Shown: one piece after another, positions 1 to 12,735 of the stretch | Layout of the letters: every line of letters begins with the position of its first letter | Numbering within the stretch: the stretch's first letter is position 1 | Assembly (NCBI RefSeq): GCF_004010195.1 | Contig: NC_057719.1 | Coordinates: 25,196,809-25,260,808 of the forward strand | From: Chiloscyllium plagiosum | Taxonomy: Eukaryota | Direction: 5' to 3' | DNA: 64,000 nucleotides | Translations under genes and position numbers: made by a program | Notes under the pieces: generated by a model | The model's input: the letters and a program-made list of their open reading frames with translations, nothing else | Database searches by the model: none | Told to the model about the DNA's origin: nothing

Positions 1-365
1 CCTTTCATAACCTCAGGATGTCCCAGAATGCTTTGCAGGGAGCCAAGTCCTTTTGAATCGTAGTCACTGCTGTAACATAGGGCAGCTAACCTGTGCAAAG
101 TGAGCTCCCACATTCAACAATGTGATAATGACCTGTTATATTTATGACCGATATCAACCAGTTACTTCTTGGAAATAGCGTTATCGTATCTTTTGCATCC
201 ACTTCAGAACAGATAGGATCTATGTTTAACATCTCTGAAAGATGGCACCTCTGACTGTGTGGTGCTTTGTTAGCGGTGACGAGAGTATTGATGTGGGTTT
301 TTTTTATTAATTAAAGTCAGTGACTGAACCCACAGCCTTGTGACTGGGATTAGAGTGCTGCACAT
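1..365 (-). mobile_element. Degenerate Deu-domain SINE (AmnSINE1/SacSINE-like)
   Basis: Reverse complement of 190-270 resembles the Deu core (gaggtgccatctttcagagatgttaaac...gtggatgcaaaagat) also seen on + at 43.4, 46.5 and 49.3 kb. Confidence 0.55.
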
Positions 366-639
366 TGAGCTACTTATTTCCTGCTGCAGTAGTGAGAAGA
401 TTGTATCGGAGGTAATAAAATGAGGTTAAATTCCAATGATAGCAATCTCAAATATTAATAAAGGTTGAGGACAAAAAAAGACTTTGGATGATTAGGTTCT
501 TTATTGATCTGTTTCTCTTAACCTTGGGGTTGAACTTCTGGATAGATGCTTGCAAAAATGTTTCAAAGGTACATTAAAGGTCACAAAAGTTCAAACTTCT
601 CAAACTGCTGAAAGACCAGATAGGTAAAAGAGAAGCAAA

Positions 640-1460
640 ACCTCATGGGATGCAAGGGAAATTGGCAAGTTGGATACTGCATTGGCTCAGAGGCAAGATG
701 TGAATGGTAATAATGGCTGTTGGGATTCTAATGCTTGGAAGGCAGTGGGCTTCTGTGGGGCTCTCTACCAGGCCCCTTGTATTTTATGTTCATTATGAAT
801 TATTGATTGAAATTTAAATGTAGGGAGTGTGATTGAGAAGTTTGTGGGTGATACAAAAAGTGATCATGTGGTTAATAGCAAGAAAGAAAGCTGTAGACTG
901 TAACATTATGATGGACTGTTCATGTGGGAAAAGGTTTGGCAAACTGTAGTTAAATCCAGAAAAGTAAAGTAACACACTAGCAAAGGACAAGCAAGGCAAA
1001 GGAATAGACAGTACCTGGCAGAGAACTGGAAAATACAGAGATCTTGGAATGCATGTCCATAGATCTGTGAAAATCGTTGGGTATGAGTATGAGAGATGAT
1101 GAGGGTTATTAGCTGAAGTATAGAATGAGAGAGCAGAGATGTTATGCTTGAACTGTCGTGAATACTATTTAGGCCACAGATGCATACTGCCATGATCACC
1201 ACATTGCTAGTGAATATGATTGCACTAGGAAAAATGAAACTTGCAAAGATGTTGCCAAGATAGGGGAATTCTAGCAATGAGGCAAGATAAAATACAGTTA
1301 GTTTGGAATTGTTACTTGACACAGCAGGGAGGAAAACTCTTTTTCATCCAAAAGGTGCAGGAAACTCACTGGTGACAGAAACCCTCAGACTTTTTTTAAA
1401 ACGTTCACGTCCTACAGATATGGATCAAGAGCTGAAAAAATGGGTTGGGCTGGATTGCTT
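640..1460 (+). mobile_element. Old CR1-type LINE ORF2 remnant
   Basis: Decayed CR1 RT/C-terminal motifs (HGxQGKLASWIxxWL, ...KFVGDTK..., YESRDVMLEL); many stops. Confidence 0.6.
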
Positions 1461-1879
1461 ATTCTCTTTGTGCTGTAAATTTCTGAGATTCTTTTCTATG
1501 ATTCTTAATAACATCATGAAGAACATGATTCCAAGCTTGTGATGTCATTTGTGCCTCATGCCCTTTGAACACCAAGAGGAACAGAGGTTTACAGGTCAGG
1601 TGGAAATGTGGCATTGAGGTTGAAGACAAGCCATGATCATCTTGAATTGCAGAACTGGCTCAAGGAGCTGTACTGCATGCCCTTCCTCTGAAGAAGAGCA
1701 GGAGAGAAATAAATGGCAAAGACCCACCATAGTGTCAACTGGCATATAGGTGGATGCATAGACTCTGAGAGTGAATTTATTTGGGTAAAGAAAGAATGAG
1801 ATAAGAAGGAAATAAAAAGTGGTTGTGTTCTTGTGTTTTTATTTTGGCTTCCTGTGGGTTAGGTTGCACAAAAGATGTC

Positions 1880-2390
1880 CTTCAGCCCATTGAGTCTGTC
1901 CCAACTTTCCTACATTACGTTGACTTTCCAGCACTTGGCCATATCCTTGAAAGTTATAAGATTTTTTTCATGTATTTTTTTTAAATGTTGAGGTTTCCCA
2001 CTTCTACCACCAGAGCATTCCAGATTCCCATCATGCTGTAGGTGAAAATATCTTTCTCTAAGTCCCCCCTAAACCTCCTGCCCTTCGCCTTTAAAGTCAT
2101 GTCCCTCATTATTGACCTTTTAATTAAGGGAACAGCTGCTTCCTATCCACCCTGACCATCCCCTCCAATAATCCTTTACATCTTCATCAGGCCCCTCTCA
2201 GCCTTCTCTGCTCAACAAGCAGCCAGAGTGTATCCACCCTCCCATCAAAGCTAAACTGCTGCATCCCAGGCAACAGCCTGGTGAGTTGCCTCTGCACCCC
2301 CGCCCCCGTCCTATAGTCTGCACACACTACTCCAGATGTGGCCTAAGTAAAGTTTTGTACAGCTCTATCAGAACGTCCCTACTCTTATGA
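1880..2390 (-). mobile_element. CR1 LINE 3' fragment
   Basis: Reverse-strand CR1 3' region, similar to 16568-17245 and 44300-44900. Confidence 0.6.
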
Positions 2391-4482
2391 TCTGGGATGA
2401 ATTATTCTGTCGTGTCAAAGGTCTTTAAGTATATCTGAATACTTCACAAGCCTGTAGCTGCATCCTTTAGTCATTTTATCCGGAGATATGAGTACGTTTG
2501 AAGCCAGCAAGTAGACTTCAACTTTTTTTAAAAAAGCAACGGGGCAATTAAACTATCCGGGAAGGAGGTCTGGCAATTGAACATTTTTGTCTGCACTTTA
2601 GAAAAATACTCATGGAGTTAATGCACTTCTTAGCAAATGAATTGGAATTCACTGGCTTTAAACTGTGAGCACAGAGTTAGTTTTATTGATGTGATTTCCA
2701 TTCTAGTAATTTCTATTATTAATGTTTCCTCTCCATTTTAAACAAAGCCTAAGGGTTGATGATTTTCATCAATTCGGTTGCACTCAGCTTTTTTGTAAAC
2801 AGCTTTTCTTTTGTAAAAGGAGGTATTTTATTTCATGCAGTTGAAGGATTAACGAGTCTGAACTTGGCACTAAAGCTGAGGGAGGTGAGGGGCATGTAGT
2901 CCACAGCAGATTTACGGGATGAGGCAGATTCGTTTTTAAAAAAAAAGGTCCAGAAGTATAGACCATGTCACAAGCGTTTTTTTATGGAGGGAACGATACA
3001 CTTCCTGAATGGGAGAGTCTGATTGCACTCATTAAATACTCCCCTAAATGATAATTGCACCAAATCCATTATAGTCGGCTATTGATGGTGCCCCACCCCC
3101 AATTGTGCATTTTACATCCTCTGGCTATTGCCAAATTTGATTCTACTTCCATTTCCAGATGATGAAACTTTAGCAAAAGAAATTGGGGAATTGGTGAATC
3201 ATTTTGGTTGTATTTATTTGTCGCGGAGTAGTAGGGTGGCGCAGCATCAGTCCCTGTGAGGCCACTAACAGCAAGGCCTCCGGCAGTGGCCTGGTCTGCA
3301 ATAAAATAACATCAAACAAAATCCAACCCTGTGTTGGTCCCGTCCCCATTAACATTGTTAGTACCTGGAAGTTAAACAGTCGGAGAAACAGCAGCTAAAG
3401 TGGAAGCTGATTTCCTTTTCCTGCCTAATTGTGGAACTCTGGTTGAATGGTCCAATGTTTGTTTTCTGCCTGATTCTTTTCTCCCCCAGAAAGCATTTTG
3501 AAGTAAAGGATCTGCTTGTAGACATACATACTTGCTGTGACTGTCAATTTTTTTTTCTAATCAAGTTACATTATAAACACTACCCTGTAGGAAATACTTG
3601 GATTCAAAAACTAATGGCCCTTTGAACTTTGAAAGTAATTTTTGAATGTACTGCCAGGGATTATTTCTGGATTTTCTGCTATTTGCACAGTCTAAGTGAT
3701 TTGGAATACCTCTGCAGCAATGTTTGTGAGTGAATATACCATACAGCTCTAGTAAACAGGCTGTGCACAACAAAGAAAGGTTAGAGGGAACATTGGTCCT
3801 AATGGATATAACCCCTGCTGTTTTAAGGAGGTCATCTTTGCGCAATACAAGCTGCTTTTTCATCAGGCTAAAATATTTTGAACCCGTTACAGGATTAGAA
3901 GGGCATGAGGTGTCATCGTTCTTCGTGTCCAACTTGCATTCCTGTAGCTTCTAGTTTGTTGAGCTTATTCGCTTTAAATGAATGTAGTCATTACATCAAG
4001 ATGTCTCACTTGTAATGTGTCTCTCTTCTGCCAATACAGTAGCTGTGTTCCAAATGATTCTGGAAACATAGCTTCATTCCTTAATTTTCTGAGTTCAGTC
4101 CACAGACTTGATTGATATGAATAGTGACAAGTTCTGACTAATTCCAGGCACTTAACATGACTGCCCTGATTGCTCTTTGAACCAATGTAATGCAGGATGA
4201 CATCAGTTCCCAGTAGTTAACAGTTAACATGTATTTTAGCCACTTTTCTTTAATCCCACGATTATGAGTTTCAGCAAAATGGCTATTTTGGTTTCCCCAA
4301 CCAAGTGGTTTACTTTTTGAACAGTCCGATTAGTTGTGATTTTTGAATTGTGGTTACTGAACAGTAAATATACTTGGGCGGATGGGAATATGTCATCATT
4401 ACAATGCTGATATACAACAAATAAAAGTCAAGTGATAATCTCTGCACGAAATAAAATTGTTTATCAATCTTCATTACATTTT

Positions 4483-4486
<4 letters not shown>

Positions 4487-4513
<27 letters not shown>
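4487..4513. repeat. (CA)n microsatellite
   Basis: Direct reading. Confidence 0.95.
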
Positions 4514-5502
4514 GCGATGATGCACTTTTGCCTTTCTGAATTTGGTGGCTATTCTCGATAAATTTGTTCTTTCCTTAATGGCACTGAGTAAACTTCGGAA
4601 TTAGAAAGTCATGGGTTGAAGACACACGTATACAACCTAAGGTGGCACTATTAGGGAAAGTGCTACAACCATGTGGATGAGACACTAAATGAAACTCCCA
4701 TCTGACCTCTTTTTGAAGATTTGAAGAGTTTATATTCCTGGGTGCTAAAGTCCCTATTCGAGATGGCTCCGGGAATCCTAGATGGTCTCCACCTGTAGCC
4801 TCTGTTGTTTCATCCCGGAGATCATACTCCTGTGGTAGTCTGGAATATAAACCTCTTACAGACCGTTTAGTTTAAATTATTACCTTTTTTATTTACCAAT
4901 GGCATCAATGCTACACTATAACATAGCTCAAGCCTGGCTTGTAGGTATCTAAGGTTCTAAAACCTTTTCTCAGAACAGCAGTGCCAGCTCTTACCTGTAA
5001 GAGCTCTCTCAGGCCACTCCCCTTATTGCTGCAAACAAGCTGTCATTATACAGAAATTGGTATTAATTTTTTAAAAATGCCAAATGTTCTTAATCAGATA
5101 AACAGCAATAAATTGGCAAAAGTCTGCAGAGGAAGAGAAACTCATTGACAGCTCTGAGTATGTTTGACTAATTAAGCTACACGCACATCAAAGTGGGAAA
5201 CCTTGATCCAGCCAGGCCAAATGGTCAATTGCTTTGGATAGTACATTATAATGAGAGACTAGTCTAAACTATGTGAGAAAGGTCATGGGGTTACCTCGCT
5301 CAGCTAACATGTCCAGTATCATTGTCTTACAAAATGGCTGTTTCTTTTAAAATCATCTTCGATTCCCAAAATGCAACTTAAATTCATAACATGCCTGGAT
5401 CTCAAGCTCTAGGGAACAACACACATTTAATCCATGACTTGCCAGTGTTCACTCAAATCAGACCATAAAAGATTAATCTTTCCACAAGGTTCCATCCTGT
5501 GA

Positions 5503-5531
5503 GTGTGTGTGTGTCTGTCTGTCTGTCTGTG

Positions 5532-5563
<32 letters not shown>

Positions 5564-5660
5564 TTTTTCTCGCTCTCTGTGTCTCGCTCTCTGTATGTGT
5601 CTCTCTGTCTCTGTCTCTGTCTCGGTCTCGGTCTCTGTCTCTGTCTCTCTGTCCCTCTGT
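5503..5660. repeat. Compound microsatellite (GT)n/(GTCT)n/(CT)n/(CTCTGT)n
   Basis: Direct reading; explains low-complexity ORFs 5453..5785 and 5499..5696. Confidence 0.95.
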
Positions 5661-6145
5661 CCCTTGAATGCCTCAGTCAGTGAGTGTAATTTATAGAAGA
5701 ATGTTTTCTCTCTGTTACTCACACATGAACATCTTCCAACTTTCAGCCTTTGTGTTTTCCTAACAGTGTAAGTGTAATGACACATTCACTTCTGAGAACA
5801 GTCAAGATGAGGGAGCCGAGCTTCATAAATTCAAATCTGCTCAGTGTGGTATACAGGAAAATGTATCAGGATTGTTCTATCACGTGCATATGCCGCACAG
5901 CTTATTAAATTACAAGTTCTTTTTCTATTGAGTATGAGTTTTGTTGTGAGTCTTTGATATTAACCAACAATTTAGTTATCTGACATCCCAATGTGTCGGC
6001 ACACCTCCAGCCTCTGACTTGAGGAGGAAGTACTGCCATACATTCCACAGGTGAACAAATGTTATCACCTTATTAACACCGATCCATTGACACTAAGAAC
6101 CGATGTCCCCAATTCTTCTGAACAAACCACCCCCCCCCCCCCCCC

Positions 6146-6158
6146 NNNNNNNNNNNNN
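6146..6158. other. Assembly gap inside a poly-C tract
   Basis: N run; acaaaccaccccc occurs on both sides, suggesting a contig overlap artefact. Confidence 0.95.
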
Positions 6159-6300
6159 ACAAACCACCCCCCCTCCCCCCCCCCCCCCCCCCACCCCCTT
6201 AGTCGAGTGCTTTCCTGCATTTCCCGAAGCAGATGTAAGGCTACCAACATTCTCATGGGCAGCATTTTTCCCTGAAACCAGTACCCACATCAAACGATGA

Positions 6301-6460
6301 AAGTGTAGTGCTGGAAAATCTCAGCAGGTCAGGCAGCATCCGAGGAGCAGGGGAATTGGGCATAAGCCCTTCATCAGCATTCTTCTGCTCCTCAGATGCT
6401 TTTCCAGCACCACACTCTCAACTCTGATCGCCAGCATCTGTTGTCCTCACTTTTTCTCCC
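6301..6460. mobile_element. Palindromic non-autonomous PLE-derived element (family P1), degenerate; hammerhead core partly deleted
   Basis: Left arm gtgctggaaaa...gcccttcatcag; inverted right arm ...tttccagcacc...ccagcatctg. Confidence 0.8.
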
Positions 6461-6471
6461 AGGTGGTGTTT

Positions 6472-6713
6472 GATTACAGATTACATTACAGTGTGGAAAC
6501 AGGCCCTTCGGCCCAACAAGTCTACACCGACCCGCCGAAGCAAACCCACCCATACCCCTACATTTACCCCTTACCTAACACTACGGGCAATTTAGTATGG
6601 CCAATTCACCTGACCCTGCACATCTTTGGACTGTGGGAGGAAACCGGAGCACCCGGAGGAAACCCACGCAGACACAGGGAGAACGTGCAAACTCCACAGT
6701 CAGTCGCCTGAGG
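6472..6713 (-). mobile_element. HE1 / V-SINE, 5'-truncated
   Basis: Near-identical to the body and tail of the full copy at 36190-36522. Confidence 0.85.
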
Positions 6714-7590
6714 TGTGTCAGTGAGAGCTTTGCTGTGTGCAAATTGGGCTGCCTGTAAGTTCCCAGTGGCCATAAAACATTTAATTAGTGAGGAGTTGAA
6801 GAGGATTTTTGTAAGTGTAGTTTTTTTGTTATTGCCCCTGGAGACACTTCAGCATTTTAAACTTGTCAAATCTAGTCAACTGAACAGGGAAGAAAAGGCT
6901 TTGGAATATCACCTGCTTACACTACTGCCATGGCTGCTGATTTTCAAAAAGGGTTTGCAAATTGTTAGGCAGAGGAGGGTGATTTTTTTTAATCTAACAT
7001 GCCAAGTAGGACATCCATAGGACTGGGCGAAAGAATGTTTTACAGCCCAAGTTAAATTTGGAAAGATGTAAAAGCAGCAGTTGTACCTGATCTTGTCACA
7101 GCCTGTGCTAGGAGAAAAGAGGTTTGGTGGGTGGCCAGTTGAACATTTTTCTCTTTGATGTACATTGCCATTTTATTTTTTTCTCTTTGTAAGCAAACAT
7201 GCAGCTTTGCTTATTGTAATAAGATCAGGTAAACGGCTTTAGTAAATATTAATAATTTACGAGAGATACTTTGGGAGGAGAACTCCTGAAACCCTAGACA
7301 TCCTGCAGTTCCACATGATTTGATGTCACTATGATATAGCCCTTTATGCTTGTGCTCTGTAGCTGTACTTGGAGTAAAGGCACAATAATATCATTGCAAT
7401 ATCACTTCCCCTCTGTCTTCAGCGAGGATTACTTTGGATTTCTTCTCCCTATACTTTTTAAGTAATTCTCCTCCGGTTATTCTCCCATGAGCATGATTGC
7501 TCATTCAGGGTGAACACTGGGAAATTGACTTTTTTGTTTCGGATGTTGTCCTAGAAGCCAGTCATAAAACACACATAACTACTTGATACA

Positions 7591-8069
7591 ATCCCATGCA
7601 AGGACTGCACAAAACACTACATAGGACAAACGGGAAGACAGCTAACGATCCGCATCCATGAACACCAACTAGCCACGAAACGACACGACCAGCTATCCTT
7701 AGTGGCCACACACGCAGATGACAAGCAACATGAATTCGATTGGGACAACACTACTATTATAGGACAGGCCAAACAGAGAACAGCCAGGGAATTCCTAGAG
7801 GCATGGCATTCATCCACAGATTCAATCAATAAGCACATCGACCTGGACCCAATATACCGACCACTGCAATGGACAGCTGGAACTGACAGCCGGAAGCGGC
7901 AGATTGAAATCATTATAAATGCCGGGAGAAACATCACAGAAGCGCTTCACAGGAGGCTCCCAAGCACTGAGGATGTCACCTAGACAGGGGACGAAACGTC
8001 TGCAACACAAATTCCCAGCTCGGCGAACAGAACCACAACAATGAGCTACAAATCTTCTCACAAACTTTG
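7591..8069 (+). mobile_element. Penelope-like element 3' fragment with GIY-YIG endonuclease and terminal hammerhead motif
   Basis: Open frame from 7591: IPCKDCTKHYIGQTGRQLTIRIHEH...REFLEAWHS...INKHIDL (GIY-YIG). Perfect 14-bp TSD aactacttgataca at 7577-7590 and 8070-8083. Confidence 0.92.
7964..8003 (+). ncRNA. Minimal type-I hammerhead ribozyme motif in the PLE terminal repeat
   Basis: GCA-CUGAGGA-U-GUC(A)CCU-AGAC-AGG(G)GAC-GAA-ACGU-C-UGC: core intact, helix I GCA/UGC, GUC triplet. Confidence 0.8.
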
Positions 8070-8257
8070 AACTACTTGATACATTTGGCAGGTTATCCCT
8101 GCATTACTTGTCTTGATGCTGAGGACTTTATGCCTCCTTTCCCCTACAGCACCAACACTGGATGCTATCACTTTATAAAATGTACTCCATATTCTGTGGA
8201 GTGTTTTAGTCCAGCAGTCCTCAGTGAGGACCCTCCAACTAATTATTGGGCCAATGC

Positions 8258-8593
8258 ATAGAATACCTTTTAGGGCATGTGGAAGGAGACCATTCAGCCC
8301 ATCAAGTCCACACTGACCCTCCAAAGAGCATTCCCCCTCACCCCCCTCCACCGACCCACCCTATTCCTGTAACCTCACACATCCCAGGGTTAACCCACCT
8401 AGCCTGCACACTATGGGCAATTTAGCCTGGGTAATCCACCTAACTTGCACATCTTTGGACTCTGGGAGGAAATCCATGCAGATCCTGGGAGAATGTGCAA
8501 ACTCCACACAGATAGCCGCCCGAGGCTGGAATCGGACCCGGGTCCCTGGTGCTGTGAGGCAGCAGTGCTAAGCGCTGAACCACTGCACTGCCC
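8258..8593 (-). mobile_element. HE1/V-SINE-related SINE, near full length
   Basis: tRNA-like head on - (agtggttcagcgcttagcactgctgcc...gggtccgattcc), V-domain and CR1-like tail. Confidence 0.8.
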
Positions 8594-9337
8594 CATGTAC
8601 TTTGAGGCATATGAGAGACCAAGACTTCCCTGTAATGAGTATCCCTTGCAGGCCTGTAAGAAAAAAAATTGGTATGGGTGAGATGAAAGAGGGGAGGCCA
8701 TTTAGAATGGCAATGACATGAAAGTACAGGTAAAATCTATTGACTCTCAACATTTTAGTTGGAAAAGCTGATCCTTGGAAAAGGAGTTCACTGTTGCAAG
8801 TTGGTAATTGCTTTATCCCAGGGCCTAGCTCCTGACACACATGCTCTGTTGCTCTTCTTAAAGGCATAATTAATCCTTTTTCCACACTTGTATCCAAATC
8901 CTATGGTACACATTTCATGAAATGTATCCTGATAAAAAGGTTGGCCTATTGATACATACAGATAAACAAAATTCATAATGGCTTGATCCTACACTGCATT
9001 TCTGAATAATTTACAATAGGGATACCACCTGTGGATTTGCTTTGATTTTAATTTAGCATTGAAGATGATTATTTATCTTTATTCATTTCAGTCCACTTAA
9101 TACGTTAAGAACATTGATGGAACATTTTGAAGGAGGCTGCTAGGAGTATCAATCCTGAAGCTGCAGTTGCTCAACGTGTGCCAGACCTCAACCTCACCTA
9201 CTGATTACTCCTATATTCTGGTCATAGATCTTGTCCAATGTTCATAGATCCAGTTAAAGTTGATATAAATGGTTTTTATTTTAGATCATGGCCATTGTAC
9301 AGCACAGCTTGTTGCAACTAGTCATAATTCTGAACAT

Positions 9338-9431
9338 GGCTGAAAATGTGTTGCTGGAACAGTGCAGCAGGTCAGGCAGCATCCAGGGAACAGGAGAATC
9401 GACGTTTCGGGCATAAGCCCTTCTTCAGGAC
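9338..9431 (-). mobile_element. Single-arm P1 element with intact hammerhead core
   Basis: - strand reads GUC-CUGAAGA-A-GGGC-UUAU-GCCC-GAA-ACGU-C-GAU. Perfect 13-bp TSD taattctgaacat at 9325-9337 and 9432-9444. Confidence 0.88.
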
Positions 9432-9599
9432 TAATTCTGAACATACATAGTATGTATTTGCCTTTTGGAACAAAATTTATACGTGTCAGCAAAAGGTCAA
9501 ACTCATCATTCCCAATTGCTCCGAAAGCTGAATAATCGTCTACTTATATTTCCCAGCCCCACAATCTCTCACAGGCAAGAATATACAACTGTTAATTCT

Positions 9600-10110
9600 C
9601 CAGTAGAAGGTTCTGCTTAAACCATATTTGGAATATTGAGTAGTTTTGGGCTCCATATCTAAAATGATGTGTTGGTGTTTTGAGGGGTTCCGGAGGGGAT
9701 TTAAGAAAGCTATCTCCAGAATGAAGGAATTGTCACATTGAGGACTCTGGGTCAATACTTGGTGGAATTCAGGCAGATGAGGTGGATCTGATTGAAACTT
9801 AAGAATACTGAAAGGCCTTGCTAAAGTGGATGTGGAGAAAATGTCTCCACTAATAGGGCAGACTAGAACTCAAGGGCACAGCCTTTGTGAAGGGATGACC
9901 CTTTAGAACTGAGATTAGGTGGAATTTTTCAACCAGAGCATGGTGCCTCTGTGGAGACTGAGTCATTGAGTGTATTTAAGACAGAGATAGATAAGTTTTT
10001 GATTAGTAAGGGGATCAAGGGTTATGGGGAGAGGGCAGCAGAATGGGGTTAAGAAATGCATCAGCCATGATCAAATGGTGGAGCAGATTCTACTTCTATA
10101 CCTTTTATGG
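9600..10110 (+). mobile_element. CR1 LINE 3' fragment
   Basis: Decayed ...PYLEY..FWAPYL... region and CR1 3' UTR (aaggggatcaagggttatggg). Confidence 0.7.
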
Positions 10111-11206
10111 TTTTAAAACATTTCAGCTGTGTTTAAAACTTCACCCTTATCAGCAGCCACTCAACTGGGAAGATTTTCAGCTGGTTAAAAATGACGTGAG
10201 GTCTTTTTGTTACTGTTAGTGAGTTATTACTTTGTGTAGTAAATAGGATAATGAATTTATACTACACAAAAGGAGATCATTAGATCCATTGTGCTTGCAT
10301 CATTCCTTTGATAGCTCGTTCCAATCGCCTGCTCTTTAACCATAGTCAACCACAGCCTTGTCATTCTTTCCTCCTCAAGAATTTCTTTTTTGGATGTTAC
10401 GGTTGAATTTGCTCCCCCCTCTTTCTTTTTTGGGCAGTGTATTCCAGGTAAACATGAGGCACAATGTGAAATAAAGCTTTATAGTATTGCAACTCTGGTT
10501 ATTTTGTCAGATTATTTTAGCTATATATACCCTGCACCATCAAATAGCTCAGGATCATAACAGTAATGGTACTGTGAAGGCCACCGTGTCATTTTATATT
10601 ATGAAAAGAATAAGTTGATCTCAGTGAGCATGGACATTGTGCTCTTTGAGTGAGCACAGGTCACCGTTATTCTTAGAGTGAGATTGCCTCACACTGTTTA
10701 GAATTGCACTTAATCACTGGCTCAATTCTGAATCCACAGGCCTTCTGTATGTGCTTTGAGCCTTAACAGGCTTCTAGAATGCAGGATCTTTTCCGGCCTG
10801 GCTGACCCCACAAGCCCCTGTTGTCAAACAGAAATCACTGATGATAATCCGGGGCATGGGTCCCAGTTTATAAGCTCCACTGTCTCAACAACAACAATTC
10901 ATATTTACATAGCACCTTCAACACAGTTAAAGCTCTAAAGACATCTCACAGGAGCCTCATCAAACAGAATTTGACACTGAGTTATCCAAAGAAATATTGG
11001 GCAGAAAATGTGGCCAAAGAGGCAGACTTTACAATATGTCTTAAAGGAGGAGAAAGGCAGAGAAATTTCAAGGATGAAGTGTGTATATGCAGCTGAATCA
11101 TCGAATCCCTACAGTGTAAAAAGAGGCCTTGGGTCTGCACCAACCCACCTAAGAGCATCCCATCCAGACTGCTGCCCTATCCCCTTAACTCCGCGTATAC
11201 CATGGC

Positions 11207-11441
11207 AAAAGTGAGTGCTGCAGATGCTGGAAACCAGAGTCTAGGTTAGAGTGGTGCTGGAAAAGCACAGCAGGTCAGGCAGCATCCGCGGAGCAGGAAA
11301 ATAGACGTTTCGGGCAAAAGCCCTTCATCAGGAATGATGGACGTCCATTCCTGATGAAGGACTTTTGTCCAAAACGTCGATTTTCCTGCTCCTCGGATGC
11401 TGCCTGACCTGCTGTACTTTTCCAGCACCACTCTAATCGAG
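11207..11441. mobile_element. Palindromic P1 element with hammerhead cores on both strands
   Basis: Inverted arms meet at tcatcagg...cctgatga. TSD actccg(c/t)gtatac(c/g)atggc at 11188-11206 and 11442-11460. Confidence 0.88.
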
Positions 11442-11476
11442 ACTCCGTGTATACGATGGCTAATCCACTTAGCTTG

Positions 11477-11636
11477 GCGAAAGTGAGGACTGCAGATGCT
11501 AGAGATTAGAGTCAAGAGTGTGGTGCTGGAAAAGCACAGCATGTCGGGCAGCATCCGTGGAGCAGGAGAGTCAATGTTTCAGGCAAAAGTCCTTCACCAG
11601 GAATGATTCCTGATGAATACCTTTTGCCAGAGACAT
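11477..11636. mobile_element. P1 element with short inverted right arm
   Basis: TSD taatccac(t/c)tagcttg at 11461-11476 and 11637-11652. Confidence 0.85.
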
Positions 11637-12364
11637 TAATCCACCTAGCTTGCACATCCCTGGACACTGGGGTAATTTACCATGGCCAATCCATCTTTGG
11701 ACTGTGGGAGGAAACTGGAGCACCAAAAGGACACCTATGCAGATACAGGGAGAATGTGCAAATTCCACCCAGACAGTCACCCAAGGCTGGAATCAAACCC
11801 ATGTTTAAAATTGAGGAGCTGACATAGGTCAGCAAGCACAAGTGATAGCTAAATTAAACTTGAGTTGAAGTATGGGTTGTTGACTGTGAGCCTTAATGCA
11901 CCATGTTCTGATTGCCACCAAGACTGCTTGAGGAAGCTTCATCATCTGCACAGTTCAGCAACACAGTAACAGTCACATTTTCCAGTCATGGCATAGCTTT
12001 TGTTCTGGTCCATTTTTTTCTCTCCCTGGTTGGTCTGTTTGTTGAACTGTCTCTCTCAGCAGCGGGACCTCTTAGTACTAACTCGTGTGTCAGAAATGAG
12101 AAATTTATGATATAATATGTTTTATGAAAGTCACTAGTTTCAAAAATATATATTATTTTGTTTATAGTAGAGACCATTTGTCTCAGATTCTTAAAATATT
12201 CTGGGGAATTAAAAAAAATAATGTACACATTTTGGAGATCTTGGGAGTGTGATGTAACATTCCCCACTTGCCTGGATAGGTGCAGTTCCAGCAACATTCA
12301 AGAAGTTTGATGCCATCCAGAAACCCTCTTGATTCCCGTCTTGATTAGCTCTTTAGTTATCGAG

Positions 12365-12735
12365 CATAGTACAATACAATACAGGAATGGGCCCTTTGAC
12401 CCACCATGTTTGTGCTGACCATGATACCATTCTAAACTAATGCCATCTGCCTGCATATGGTCAGTCTCCCTCTGTTCCCTACCAATTCATGCCTTTGTCG
12501 AGCTGCCTCTTCCACATTGCTATTGTCTCGACCATCTCCTCTGGCAGCGGATTCTAGGCCCTCATTCCCACTGTGTTTAAAAAAAAAACAAAATTGCCTT
12601 GCACATCTGCTTTTGAACGTTTCCCCTTCTCAGCTTAAACCCATGGCTCCTAGTACTTGAAATTTCTGCCCTGGGAAAACGACTACTATCCTATCCATGC
12701 CTCTCATAATTGAAATGCTTCTATCAAGTCACCAC
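12365..12735 (-). mobile_element. CR1 LINE 3' end fragment
   Basis: Typical reverse CR1 tail (catagtacaatacaatacaggaatgggccctttgaccc...). Confidence 0.65.

Larger units (their letters stand above)
11097..11803 (-). mobile_element. HE1/V-SINE-related SINE interrupted by two P1 insertions
   Basis: Removing 11207-11441 and 11477-11636 leaves a continuous SINE resembling 8258-8593. Confidence 0.75.

Noticed and set aside
3259..3292. 8-bp stem aggccact/agtggcct in a repeat-poor region (possible structured RNA or conserved element)
   Set aside because: A stem this short is expected by chance; conservation cannot be judged without alignments.
6122..6198. Duplicated poly-C / G-quadruplex-like tract and polyproline ORFs
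   Set aside because: Spans an N gap with the same sequence on both sides; likely an assembly overlap.
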